From assembly GCA_007131535.1 (NCBI GenBank), contig SLQI01000277.1, positions 1 through 37,947 on the forward strand: a stretch of 37,947 nt of DNA. Direction: 5' to 3'. Position numbers and translations under genes: made by a program. Numbering within the stretch: position 1 is the first letter of the stretch; every line of letters begins with the position of its first letter. The DNA comes from Balneolales bacterium. GTDB taxonomy: Bacteria; Bacteroidota; Rhodothermia; Balneolales; Natronogracilivirgulaceae. Below are positions 1-9,479 of the stretch, one piece after another. The notes below the pieces were generated by a model, which was not told the DNA's origin, ran no database searches, and saw only the letters and a list, made by a program, of their open reading frames with translations.

Positions 1-963
1 ATCCACATCACGGATTTGATTCCGATAGTGCTCCTCAAGCCCGGCGACCCACTTGCTGTAAATTTGGTTTCCATTCTCCCCGGTGGCCCGTTCGAAAGCC
101 CGGTTGACATCGTGCAGTCGGCGATCGGTAAACTCACGGGTTATTTCGGGCAAAATCTGCGGACCGAAGCGGTCGGCCAGGTGCCGGGTAAAGCTGAATC
201 CCATGTTATAAACCAGCTCCCGCTCCAGCGCATTCTTGGAACTGAACGTACCCATGGCTTCCAGGCTGTGCTGATTGCCGTCGAGAATACGGGTTCTCAG
301 AATCATATCCCGGATGTTGTCCCAGTCATCATAGTCGATATCCGGAGTCATGTACTGTGCCGTACCTTCGGCCATCCAGGCCGGCATGGAGATAGTGGTA
401 AGAGGATAGGAGATAAAAGCTGAGGGAAAATCATAGAGTACATCCGGACGGCGGACTTCATCATACGAGAGCCACTGTAAATAAGTGGCAGGGTGGCGGC
501 GGCTTGATTTTTTTGAGGCCTGCAACTGGATGATGTGGACAAATTCATGCGTGATCACATTCCGAAGCCAGTTGTGGGTACCGCGCAGTGGAGTATCAAG
601 GGCCGGCAGCCAGATTTCAATTTTATTATCAAAGAAAAAAGCTGCCCCGTTGCCGTAGTCTTCCCTGTCGAGCATTAAGATGCTGATCTTTTGATCGGGC
701 TCATAATCATAAAAAGAAGTAACCGGTTCATAGATTTCCTCGGAAATTCGGGAAGCTACCTGCGCGGGCCGGTCGTTGCCTTCCTGGTAGTGAATCAGGA
801 AATGATCACTTTCGATGGTGTACCACTCCAGGTGATTATGGGGGTAATTATAAAACCGGGGACTGGTCTGGCCCAGGGCGGTCTGCAGGATTCCGCCAAT
901 CAGGGTGGCCATCAACAAAAGAATGAGCCCGGATTTGATAATATGTGAGCTACGAGTATTCAT
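1..963 (-). CDS. Secreted zinc-metallopeptidase-like protein (HEXXH), N-terminal 321 codons; the 3' end runs off the window
   Basis: Absent from the ORF track because it has no stop in the window. My reverse-strand translation from the ATG (comp. 961-963) gives MNTRSSHIIKSGLILLLMATLIGGILQTALGQTSPRFYNY..., which looks like a signal peptide, and the frame stays open to position 1. It has an intact HEXXH in NVITHEFVHIIQ (comp. 535-549). The start overlaps the upstream stop by 1 nt (TGATG, comp. 961-965). The plus-strand ORFs 16..423 and 691..948 are shadows of this gene. Confidence 0.7.
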   Translation of the reverse strand, partial: MNTRSSHIIKSGLILLLMATLIGGILQTALGQTSPRFYNYPHNHLEWYTIESDHFLIHYQEGNDRPAQVASRISEEIYEPVTSFYDYEPDQKISILMLDREDYGNGAAFFFDNKIEIWLPALDTPLRGTHNWLRNVITHEFVHIIQLQASKKSSRRHPATYLQWLSYDEVRRPDVLYDFPSAFISYPLTTISMPAWMAEGTAQYMTPDIDYDDWDNIRDMILRTRILDGNQHSLEAMGTFSSKNALERELVYNMGFSFTRHLADRFGPQILPEITREFTDRRLHDVNRAFERATGENGNQIYSKWVAGLEEHYRNQIRDVD

Positions 964-3900
964 CAGTGCTGTACCACAATTTTGATCATCCGGGAATCCC
1001 GGTCGTTTCCGTTGCGGGCTTCCACACGGCCGAAATACACGCCGCTGCCCCACGAGGAAGTATTGATTTCGACTTCTTCGGGTAAGCCGCCGTTGGTTTC
1101 CCGTTCGGTTTCATAAATTACCCGCCCGCTCATGTCCGCAACTTGTATAGATACTTCGGCGGATTCGGAAGTTTCATACCGGATGTAGGTGTGATCATTT
1201 GCGGGATTAGGCCAATTGTAGGTTTCGCTGGAGTTGAGCAGGCCGGAAAACGCTGTCTGCTCCGACTCTCCCGCAGGGGTGGAGTATATTTTGTTATCCT
1301 CAAATTCCCCATAGGCTCCGGGCCAACGTATCTCGCCGGCATCGTGAAATTCCCAGGTCGTCAGATCCCCCTCATGGCTGATGGCGGTCAGCCGATTTCC
1401 GATAAATGCAGGATGTACAGGCGTATCGTTCTTGTCTTGAACGGCCCCCGCAAACAAAGGGAAGTTTTCCCGGATGGGCCGCAGCTGATGAGTGTAGGCT
1501 ATGATTTCCAGCCCGTAATTATTCTGCACGGCGATTAAAAGTTCGGTATCCCCGTTTCCGTTGATATCGGCAAGTAAGGGGGTGCCGGTGAAGCGATAGC
1601 CGTCCGGTGGGCGAACCGGGAAGTTATCAAGGATGGCTCCGTTTTGGTTTTTCCCGATCAGCTTGTTGGCCTCAGAGTCGACAAAAACGGCATCTATGCG
1701 GCCATTGTCCGTCCAGTCTACAAGGGCGGGCAGGCCGGTTTTTCGGTCTCGCACCCACGGATGAAGTTCCGCTTCATCCGGATTTATATAATAAAGGCTT
1801 CGGTCTCCCAGTAGAAAAAATCCGGGATCAGCTTCTTGCAGCGCGCCGGCGTATAACCGCCTGTTGTTTTGCAGTTCCGAGGGGAGCGACACCGTTTCTC
1901 CATCCGGCAAATGAATACGTTCACGATCAACAGCAACCTGCATCCCGTTGATTCGGGCTGATCGCTGTTCAGGTCTTCCGGTTGACTGAAGTTCCTGATC
2001 TTCAATAATGTACTCCGTCTCATCAACATAGAGCCGTGTGTTTTCCCGGCTGATGAGCGCCGGAATGTCGAAGTCATCTTCAATCGAAAAGATCTCTTCC
2101 CAGCCGTTTTCAGTAAACTGCCATTGTGCAACCCGGTTGGGACCCTCGCTGATAGTTGAGGAAATTACATCGGAGCCGGATATCAGGGGCTGATTGCCGG
2201 AAGGCAGCTGAAAATCGAAAGCCTCTTGCTCGGGGGAGGTCGGGTTGACAGCACGTAAACCATTGGCGCCCGGTATAATGAGCACGGTGTCCTGTTCCGT
2301 AGTTACGGCATCAATCGCAAGTGGAAAATTTTGTGAGCGATCGGGCGGTGTAACCGTTTCGAGACCATTTAAATCCGTCTCTATCCGGTTGCGGGAAAAA
2401 AGTTCGTTTTCAGCTTTCCTCAACCGGAAGGTAGCCGTGGGGAGGTTGTCGGAAAAATTGTAGAACTCAATATCGAGCGGGCTGCCGGAGGCGGTGCGGG
2501 TGCGGGGCTGGGTGTCCGGGGCGAACCGGTTTTCGTAAACGACGATGCTGTCCTGAGCCTGGGTGATAACGGTGAAATCATTGCCGGCCCACCAGAAGTC
2601 GAAAGCATGCCCCTGGAGAAAACGGGAGTCGTCGCCCCGACTAAGGGGGCGGCCGATATCATGCGCTCCGTCGGCTTCGATTAAATTAACCCCGCGCCGG
2701 TCAGGATGAGCGTTGACGGCGTTATCATCAATGTTGCGGCGAATGACGGATTCATCTATGTGCCAGATGAGAATGCCGCCGTTAAGCTCGCGTTCCTGAT
2801 CATCCACATCAAATTCATCGCCTTCTACGTTATCCAGCCCGCCGGGCAGACTCCAGTCAAAATTGGAGACATCGACGACAACTCCGGGTTCCATGATTTC
2901 ATCATAATCGGAATCATCGAATGGGTCGAAACGCTCTTCATAGTTGTCGAACGTGTAATCTCTGTATTCGCCATCCGGAGTGCGAATGGTGATTGTAACC
3001 CCATCGCCATGCGGATCCCGGTGCCGGTTTTCGAGTAGAAAATATTCACCGAGAGAGATATCAAAACGGCCGAAAGGCTCATCGTCGCGGAGTGAGACAG
3101 CTGGTAATTCCCACTCTTGGCTATCTTCGAGGTTAAGCCGGTTGCTCCCGGCCCAGCCAAGGTACTTTTTTTCCCAGGCGGATGGTTCCGGTGGAAACAT
3201 GCCCCGGTAAGAGAAAATTGAGGCACCGTCCATCAAACCAAATCGTCCGATTCCGGATTCACCGGTTTCGGTATTGAACAGATCCGGCAGACCGATAAAA
3301 CTGCCGATATTGGCAGCGAGAATTCCATTGATCGAGAGCTGGAGTACAAATTCGCTTCCCTCAATATCTTCACCCCTGCGGGATTGGGTTTGGGGCAGGA
3401 TGGCGGTGTTGGTCACGGAAACATCGGAGTCATCAACTTCAAATCCTTCGAAATCCGGGTCGTCCAATAGCCGGGAGAGGGCATCCCGGCCCATGTATAC
3501 CGAAGGAATATCCTGCGGGGTTTTATCCAGAGTGGTTCCGAGCAGTTCAAGATCCCGGCCGGCGCCGGCATGGAAGACAATGAACATGGTCCGGTCGGGA
3601 TCCAGTCCGGTGAGATCGGCCTGACCGCTTTCCCGAACGTTCTGCCATGCATCTTCCGCAAGTTTTGCCAGCTTGTAATTTTGGCTGTCATCTTCTCCGA
3701 CGGGAGCATAGTCGGCCATTACTCCATCTACCTGAACAACTTCCGGAAGAACCTGATAAGTTACCTCAAGCCGGCCACCGGACACCCGTTCGAAATAGTT
3801 TTTGGCAAATTCGAGGTGAGCTTCAAAGTAGGCCCGGTCATGCGGAAGGGGATCAATGATGATCTCCTCGCTATCCAGAAAGTCCAGATCAAAAGTACCG

Positions 3901-4097
3901 TCGCCGGTGGTGAATCGGTTTTCTTCCGGCTCAAATTCTACCATAACGGCGACAATGTCGATATTGCCCTCAGCTCGTTCCGGCGGACCGGGAAATGCGG
4001 CCATGACCGACTGAGGCCACATTACGAGAAGGGGAAAAAAAATAAGGAGTACAGCTTTTAGTGCTGTACTCCCGGTCGTTGACAAAATCAAATGCAT
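963..4097 (-). CDS. T9SS-secreted large protein: M6/immune-inhibitor-A-like domain without HEXXH, FG-GAP/VCBS-like repeat region and a C-terminal T9SS sorting domain
   Basis: Long ORF. The track start at 4109 is a TTG; the ATG at comp. 4095-4097 gives MHLILSTTGSTALKAVLLIFFPLLVMWPQSVMA, a signal peptide. M6-like blocks are present: VMVEFEPEE, FIVFHAGAGRD, FIGLPDLF, PSAWEKKYLGW, ILIWHIDES, LIEADGAHDIG. FG-GAP-like motifs are DWTDNGRIDAVFVD and ADINGNGDTELLIA. The C-terminus, YNWPNPANDHTYIRY...GVYFGRVEA...MIKIVVQH, looks like a Por_Secre_tail. Confidence 0.75.
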   Translation of the reverse strand: MHLILSTTGSTALKAVLLIFFPLLVMWPQSVMAAFPGPPERAEGNIDIVAVMVEFEPEENRFTTGDGTFDLDFLDSEEIIIDPLPHDRAYFEAHLEFAKNYFERVSGGRLEVTYQVLPEVVQVDGVMADYAPVGEDDSQNYKLAKLAEDAWQNVRESGQADLTGLDPDRTMFIVFHAGAGRDLELLGTTLDKTPQDIPSVYMGRDALSRLLDDPDFEGFEVDDSDVSVTNTAILPQTQSRRGEDIEGSEFVLQLSINGILAANIGSFIGLPDLFNTETGESGIGRFGLMDGASIFSYRGMFPPEPSAWEKKYLGWAGSNRLNLEDSQEWELPAVSLRDDEPFGRFDISLGEYFLLENRHRDPHGDGVTITIRTPDGEYRDYTFDNYEERFDPFDDSDYDEIMEPGVVVDVSNFDWSLPGGLDNVEGDEFDVDDQERELNGGILIWHIDESVIRRNIDDNAVNAHPDRRGVNLIEADGAHDIGRPLSRGDDSRFLQGHAFDFWWAGNDFTVITQAQDSIVVYENRFAPDTQPRTRTASGSPLDIEFYNFSDNLPTATFRLRKAENELFSRNRIETDLNGLETVTPPDRSQNFPLAIDAVTTEQDTVLIIPGANGLRAVNPTSPEQEAFDFQLPSGNQPLISGSDVISSTISEGPNRVAQWQFTENGWEEIFSIEDDFDIPALISRENTRLYVDETEYIIEDQELQSTGRPEQRSARINGMQVAVDRERIHLPDGETVSLPSELQNNRRLYAGALQEADPGFFLLGDRSLYYINPDEAELHPWVRDRKTGLPALVDWTDNGRIDAVFVDSEANKLIGKNQNGAILDNFPVRPPDGYRFTGTPLLADINGNGDTELLIAVQNNYGLEIIAYTHQLRPIRENFPLFAGAVQDKNDTPVHPAFIGNRLTAISHEGDLTTWEFHDAGEIRWPGAYGEFEDNKIYSTPAGESEQTAFSGLLNSSETYNWPNPANDHTYIRYETSESAEVSIQVADMSGRVIYETERETNGGLPEEVEINTSSWGSGVYFGRVEARNGNDRDSRMIKIVVQH

Positions 4098-4122
4098 GTA
4101 AGTGTACAAAGAACAGCCGTGG

Positions 4123-5250
4123 TTAGAATGATAACAAGGCTGTCAGGCGGATGGTATCGGCCAACGGGTGATCTTCCTCCAGCGTAAAAATGTAACTGAA
4201 ATCAACCCCGATAATACTGTAGCGCAGTCCGGCCCCGAATGTGAGAAATTCCCGGTTACCGTTATTGGGAGCTTCGTAAAAGTAGCCGGTTCGCACTGCA
4301 AACAGGTTATCATACCAGTATTCGGCTCCGACACCGATCATGAATTGCTCGGCGAGTGAAATTTCAACATCCCCCTGCCCATCATTCCAGGTGACGGTAT
4401 CCCAGGAATTGAAAAGTGCGGAAACCGGTCCCATGGCAGTATGATCTTCATTACGGCGAGCCATGATCTTGGAGTAATCATTGCTCAGGCGCAGGGTATT
4501 GTAGCCTTCTCTATCCAGATCCATCTTGTAGGTCCATCCGAATCGAAGCATAGTGGGCAGCGGATCTTTCTGCTCTTCGTCAGCATATTGAATATGCGGC
4601 CCGAGGTTGGACAAGTTAACCCCGAACCCGGCTTTTGCGTCGCGCCCGGCAATATTGAAATAGTTGGATTTGTACATGGTGGCCAGGTCAACACCAACGC
4701 TGAGTCCGTTTTGGGCTTCCTGCCCGCCGACGTCCAGACCCGTCGGTACCAGGTTGCTGTAAATCATGCGCAATCCGGTACCAATAGCCCAGTTCTGGTT
4801 CAGGTTAAATCCGTAGGAAAGGCCGGTGGCAAGCTCATAGCTGCGGAATGTACCGAGCTCGTTACCGCTTTCATCGGTATGGGTTTGCTCACCGAGGTTC
4901 AGAAATGTGATATGTCCACCAATCGCTCCGAGACCTTCCACATAATAACGGCCTACGAGGTAATCGTAGAACAGGTCCGTATCAAAGTTAGGAAGCCAGT
5001 TAGCGTGGGTAATACTGACTTCATTTCCTTCCTGGAAAGCCAGGCCCGCAGGATTCCAGAATACCGCATGGGAGTTATCGGCAAACGCGGCACCGGCATT
5101 ACCCATGCCGGCCATGCGGGAATCAGGTTCAATTTGTAAGAATGGAACAGCCGTAATGCCAGGTTGCGCTTTGGTTATATCATTGCTGATAAACCCGGCA
5201 ATTAAAGAGAATGCCAGAAGGGTGAGTAATTTTTTAGTGAGCTTTTGCAT
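4123..5250 (-). CDS. porV: Type IX secretion system outer-membrane protein PorV (LptO)
   Basis: 375 aa with a signal peptide. The N-terminal signature is AVPFLQIEPDSRMAGMGNAGAAFADNSHAVFWNPAGLAF. The rest is beta-barrel-like with alternating aromatic and Gly residues and a terminal F. It lies 58 nt downstream of a porU-like gene, which is the canonical pairing. Confidence 0.8.
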   Translation of the reverse strand: MQKLTKKLLTLLAFSLIAGFISNDITKAQPGITAVPFLQIEPDSRMAGMGNAGAAFADNSHAVFWNPAGLAFQEGNEVSITHANWLPNFDTDLFYDYLVGRYYVEGLGAIGGHITFLNLGEQTHTDESGNELGTFRSYELATGLSYGFNLNQNWAIGTGLRMIYSNLVPTGLDVGGQEAQNGLSVGVDLATMYKSNYFNIAGRDAKAGFGVNLSNLGPHIQYADEEQKDPLPTMLRFGWTYKMDLDREGYNTLRLSNDYSKIMARRNEDHTAMGPVSALFNSWDTVTWNDGQGDVEISLAEQFMIGVGAEYWYDNLFAVRTGYFYEAPNNGNREFLTFGAGLRYSIIGVDFSYIFTLEEDHPLADTIRLTALLSF

Positions 5251-5308
5251 AGTTTTTTGCCATCTTGCTGTTATGGGAATCCGCTTAGTGACTACCCGGC
5301 TATGTAAA

Positions 5309-8300
5309 TTAGCGCAGAATCACTAAACGTTCAATATGATCCGTACTTTTTGATCCATTTGAGGTTTCTGTGCGCACCCGTACATGGTATATATAGGTGC
5401 CGTTCGCAAGACGATGACCGTCATCGTCGTATCCATCAAACTCTATTTGTACCAGATTCCCTGAGGGGATAACACCTTCCCGGTTGATAGTACGCACCGG
5501 TGTACCGGCGGGGGTGAAGATGCGTATCATAACATCCAGCGCTCCACCCGGTTGATTATGCTCAAAAACGAATCTGGTAAAATTGTGCATCGGGTTGGGA
5601 TAGTTGTACACATCCCGAACTACCAGGTCATCCCCCGATTGTACTTCAAACTCAACTGTTTCTTCACCGGGATTGTTAAAAATGTCCCATGCTCTTACCG
5701 TCAGCTCATAACGGCCTTCGTCAAGGCCGGTGATGGGATATTCGATTGAACCCCGGGTGAAATCATTGAGTTCACTCTGATAAAAATCGTTTAAAACAAA
5801 AGTCTGCTGCCCCGTATCATCCGGGTTTTTTCGCAGGATGGCCACCAAATCATGTCCGATGCCGCCTGAAGTGTTAATGCCGCTTTCATCATGAAGATTA
5901 ACCAGCAGCGTCGGATCTTCGTTGACCATATCTCCGCTGAAAAAGCTTTCGTCGTTTAAATAAACCTCCATTTCCGGTCCTTCTCCGTCATCTTCGGCAT
6001 CAGGGTTTAGCCCGTTGACGCTGAAGTTGGCGAATGAGCCAACGGCATCCGTATCCGGGCCGCTGGCATACAGGTGGATGCGCCCGGGATCATCGGAGTA
6101 TGCAATATTTTTCGGAATGACGAACTCTCCGTTAAAAACCCCGTTTTCCACGGATACCTGCCCGTTGAACAATAAGTCGTTCTGAATGTAGTAACCGCAG
6201 TTATCCAAGGTGCATCGTCCGGGGATCCAGTCGCGATCGGAGGGGTAGCTGATAAGGCGTTCGGCATCAAAGAGCCGAAGTGTTGCGTTGCCATTAAAGT
6301 CGGTAAGGGGCTCTCCGGAGTAAGATACGGCTTGCCCCTGCACTGATACATGATCCAGGGCACGGAGGCGGATAGAATCCTGTTCGGCAACCGGCTCTCC
6401 GTTAATATGGGTGATTTCCATTTTTTCTTCCGGCAGTCCGATCCGCATGGCCGGATCTCCAAGGAGGCTGAATTTTCGATTGTTGAAGGATGCGCCGTAG
6501 GAAGTGTTTTTGGTGTTACGGAAAATATCTCCAAGCGTTTGCGGTCGGCCGTCATCATCCCGCCGAACCATTTCGCGGGTGAGCTCAACGTTGAGCCCGA
6601 AATTATTCGCGCCGATACTGCGGCTGGTGAAAACTACACGTGTGGTGGTTAAGGCAGCAACAACCCCTCCGTTTTCGTGCAAGAGCATTTTTTCGGCTCC
6701 CGAGTAACGTTCGTTATCATCATACCGCCCGAATTCACAGGTTGCCGTTACAAAGATGGAAAGATTCTCACTATTGTTCAGGCGCGGGATGTCATCAATA
6801 CTGAAAAGCCGCTGGTCGGTCAGCCAGCGTTCGTTACCATGACCGGAAAAGTTCATAACCAGCGACCCATCATTAAACCGGTCTATGAGAGCCTGAGTCG
6901 CTTGAGGCACCCGTGCTCCGGCAGCTGTACTTTCTATGGGATAGTCGATTTGATAGATTTTATCGACCCGAAGTCCGGTTTCTTCGCGATCAATCTGATC
7001 GGCTGTTACATCCGCGTTGACGATGTGCAGGTCGTCGTCGTTGCCGCTGGGTACCTGGTCGTCATCGGCGATAAACGTAAACAGAGAGCGCCAGTCCTGT
7101 CTGTTGGCATCGTTTTCGTAGGTTTGAATCTTGTCGATTAGCAACTCGGCCTCTTCGGGAGTTTGAACGGGGAAGCGGCCTACCCCCATATCAATTCTTT
7201 CAGTAGATCCTGTCGGCCATTCTCCTTCTTCATCATCGAGCAGTGCAAACCAGTCGTCACTGGCAAAGGTGTTCGTTCGGTGGACCGATTCTTCACTTTG
7301 AAAAGTCATGACCAGGTTTTCCATTCTGGCCCCCGCCATAATTCCTTTGTGATCAAAGGTTGCGTTACCGAAAAGCAGCAGGTGTTTCGGAGCTTCCCGG
7401 CCGGCACTCAGAGCCCGGTCGTAGAGGAATTTGACGTAATCACGCAGGGCTACGAAATCCCGAACACCGCCGTTGAATTCATCCAGTATTTGCTGCTGAG
7501 TTACGACAACAGGGGTAAGTCCGTCTTGCTCAGCCCGGTAATCGGCTAACTTGTGGGCCTGTTCATATAATCGCTCGTGGGTGATAATGATATAATCCGG
7601 ATGATAGGAAATGCCCCGGAGATTTTGGTTCTCAAGTCTTTCCCCCTCAAGAGGTTGATAAAAATCACCCTGAGCAATCATTCGGGTTCCGGGCTCGGTA
7701 TGATAATTTATCTCATAATTGTTACCGGCTGAACTAACCGGCAGCCAAACCGGCTCAGCGGGATTGCTGATTTCCATGACATAAGGCTCATTTTCAAAAC
7801 CCTGAAGTCGGTAAGCAGCGATTTCGGATACTGACCCGTCATCCGGGGTGTTGAATAAAAGTTTTTCTTCCCGGGCTATGAGTTCCCGTGTTAGGTGCAG
7901 GTTGATGTAATCGATCCACCCCCTGCCGCCGGAGTGACCGGAAATGAAGCTGGCCTGCAGGTCGATTTGCTCATCCGGGGCCGATAAGTTTGAGGTTTCA
8001 AATGATTCGGAAGTGATGCGGGCAGAATAATGCTCGGAGCCGGAGTAATTACGGATGGAAGGAATAGATATCGGGTCGAGGGATTCATCGTTCAGGTAGA
8101 GTTGAAAACTTGAACCCGCAGTTGAGCGCCCCGCAACACTTATATGGAGTTCAACGGGTTCGGAAAGATCAACCCCCGGTACGTTTTCATTAAAAATGTT
8201 AACCCGCTGTCCGCCGCCGGTTGCTTCAAAAACTTGTCCGAACCAGCCCAGACCGGATTTGATCCCGCTTTCGGATTTATGCTGGTGTTCTTCTTTCCAT

Positions 8301-9220
8301 AGAAGCTCCCGAAACGTTTCGACCGTACGGGTCGGGTTGTTCAGGGATACGGGATCAAGCCGTTCACCTTCGGAGCTGCCGATTTTCAGGAAAATGGTAT
8401 TCCGGCGGTCGCTGTGATGCTTTTGATGAGCAAATCGTTCGTTTTCATCATCATAATACACGCGGTTCACCGAATTGCCGAAAAAGATGATGCGATCTCC
8501 GTCATCAAAACTGCCGTTGTCTTCTCCTTCTACGATTACCGGAACCTGACTTAACTCCGGCCGCGGTGCATCATTGCGATAGGGCAGCGGATAGCCGTCA
8601 GTTGACCATATCTGCAGGTTACGGGGATCGATTTGATCAACCTCAACCCCAAGCGATTCAAGATAATCACGGTCTATTTCATAAATACCTTCTTCTTTAA
8701 ACGGAATCCGGTACCATTCACCGGATTCAAGGGGGGAATTGGCGGATTCAAAAGTTTCCGCCGTTTCTGCTGCTCGCTGTTGGGTAGTTTCAGCCGGTTT
8801 ATATACCCGGAAGGATAGCCTTCGAGCTACCTGAAAACGGGTGGTATCGGCTTGATCTCTGCGGGTGGTATGCGCAATAAGTGAAGCCACACGTTTGCCC
8901 CGCTTCATACCGGGGTTTTTAGTTTCCAGGATCGGAGTGCCGGTCGGGCTGATATTATCCATCAGCGGCTGGTGGTATCCGGCAGTATCCGGCAAGGTGA
9001 CAGTGACCGTTTCCTGGTCGAGAATTTCGTAGCTCCTGCCTGAACTATAGGGAATAGTTAATTGATGAGGAAGCGAAATGCGAAGATCGTCATTCCGGAT
9101 CTCATAATCGGTAAACCGATCGGTCTCCTGTACTTTTTCCAAAGTCTGAGCTGCGCCGGTTGCACTCCAAAGCAGGATAAACGCAAATAGTCCGGCGAAC
9201 TGCCTTATTCGGGGTAGCAT
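5309..9220 (-). CDS. porU: Type IX secretion system sortase/CTD peptidase PorU (gingipain C25-like)
   Basis: 1303 aa from the ATG at comp. 9218-9220; the track start at 9244 is a TTG 8 codons upstream. Signal peptide is MLPRIRQFAGLFAFILLWSATGAAQT. C25-type motifs are HLLLFGNATFDHKG, DDWFALLDD, GRFPVQTPEEAE, the catalytic-type His in NFSGHGNERW and the Cys in FVTATCEFGRYDD. Size and position upstream of porV also fit. Confidence 0.85.
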   Translation of the reverse strand: MLPRIRQFAGLFAFILLWSATGAAQTLEKVQETDRFTDYEIRNDDLRISLPHQLTIPYSSGRSYEILDQETVTVTLPDTAGYHQPLMDNISPTGTPILETKNPGMKRGKRVASLIAHTTRRDQADTTRFQVARRLSFRVYKPAETTQQRAAETAETFESANSPLESGEWYRIPFKEEGIYEIDRDYLESLGVEVDQIDPRNLQIWSTDGYPLPYRNDAPRPELSQVPVIVEGEDNGSFDDGDRIIFFGNSVNRVYYDDENERFAHQKHHSDRRNTIFLKIGSSEGERLDPVSLNNPTRTVETFRELLWKEEHQHKSESGIKSGLGWFGQVFEATGGGQRVNIFNENVPGVDLSEPVELHISVAGRSTAGSSFQLYLNDESLDPISIPSIRNYSGSEHYSARITSESFETSNLSAPDEQIDLQASFISGHSGGRGWIDYINLHLTRELIAREEKLLFNTPDDGSVSEIAAYRLQGFENEPYVMEISNPAEPVWLPVSSAGNNYEINYHTEPGTRMIAQGDFYQPLEGERLENQNLRGISYHPDYIIITHERLYEQAHKLADYRAEQDGLTPVVVTQQQILDEFNGGVRDFVALRDYVKFLYDRALSAGREAPKHLLLFGNATFDHKGIMAGARMENLVMTFQSEESVHRTNTFASDDWFALLDDEEGEWPTGSTERIDMGVGRFPVQTPEEAELLIDKIQTYENDANRQDWRSLFTFIADDDQVPSGNDDDLHIVNADVTADQIDREETGLRVDKIYQIDYPIESTAAGARVPQATQALIDRFNDGSLVMNFSGHGNERWLTDQRLFSIDDIPRLNNSENLSIFVTATCEFGRYDDNERYSGAEKMLLHENGGVVAALTTTRVVFTSRSIGANNFGLNVELTREMVRRDDDGRPQTLGDIFRNTKNTSYGASFNNRKFSLLGDPAMRIGLPEEKMEITHINGEPVAEQDSIRLRALDHVSVQGQAVSYSGEPLTDFNGNATLRLFDAERLISYPSDRDWIPGRCTLDNCGYYIQNDLLFNGQVSVENGVFNGEFVIPKNIAYSDDPGRIHLYASGPDTDAVGSFANFSVNGLNPDAEDDGEGPEMEVYLNDESFFSGDMVNEDPTLLVNLHDESGINTSGGIGHDLVAILRKNPDDTGQQTFVLNDFYQSELNDFTRGSIEYPITGLDEGRYELTVRAWDIFNNPGEETVEFEVQSGDDLVVRDVYNYPNPMHNFTRFVFEHNQPGGALDVMIRIFTPAGTPVRTINREGVIPSGNLVQIEFDGYDDDGHRLANGTYIYHVRVRTETSNGSKSTDHIERLVILR

Positions 9221-9412
9221 TGTTTTGAGCGAGTTACGATACAAATTCGGTGTATAAATAATGACGTTAAATACGAATGGTATCGGTTATCGCAATAGGC
9301 AGTTTTTGTTTAATTCGGGTTGAGCAATAATGTAATTTAAAAAAGTAAATTAACGTGAACAAATGTTAATTTAAATTCCAGCTCTAATTTGAACAGATAG
9401 AGCAGGTTGACT

Positions 9413-9454
9413 AAAAAGCCCCGGAAACCGGCATGCAGGTACCGGGTCCGGGGC
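9413..9454 (-). terminator. Rho-independent terminator downstream of the thiolase gene
   Basis: On the minus strand the GC-rich arms GCCCCGGA (comp. 9447-9454) and TCCGGGGC (comp. 9418-9425) pair and are followed by TTTTT (comp. 9413-9417). The structure starts about 25 nt after the stop at 9480. Confidence 0.65.
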
Positions 9455-9479
9455 ATGAAGTCATTAAATCACAGGTGGT

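Noticed and set aside
16-948. Plus-strand ORFs 16..423 and 691..948, and minus-strand ORF 348..548
   Set aside because: All lie within, or out of frame with, the unlisted minus-strand HEXXH gene (1..963). That gene has a signal peptide, a metalloprotease motif and start/stop coupling to the upstream gene, so these ORFs are shadow ORFs.
4441-5139. 232-aa plus-strand ORF. The same applies to other internal ORFs such as 6007..6588, 14515..15069, 1143..1538 and 3570..4061.
   Set aside because: These are antisense to or out of frame within porV, porU, the TPR genes or the 1044-aa gene. They have no motifs and a composition typical of shadows.
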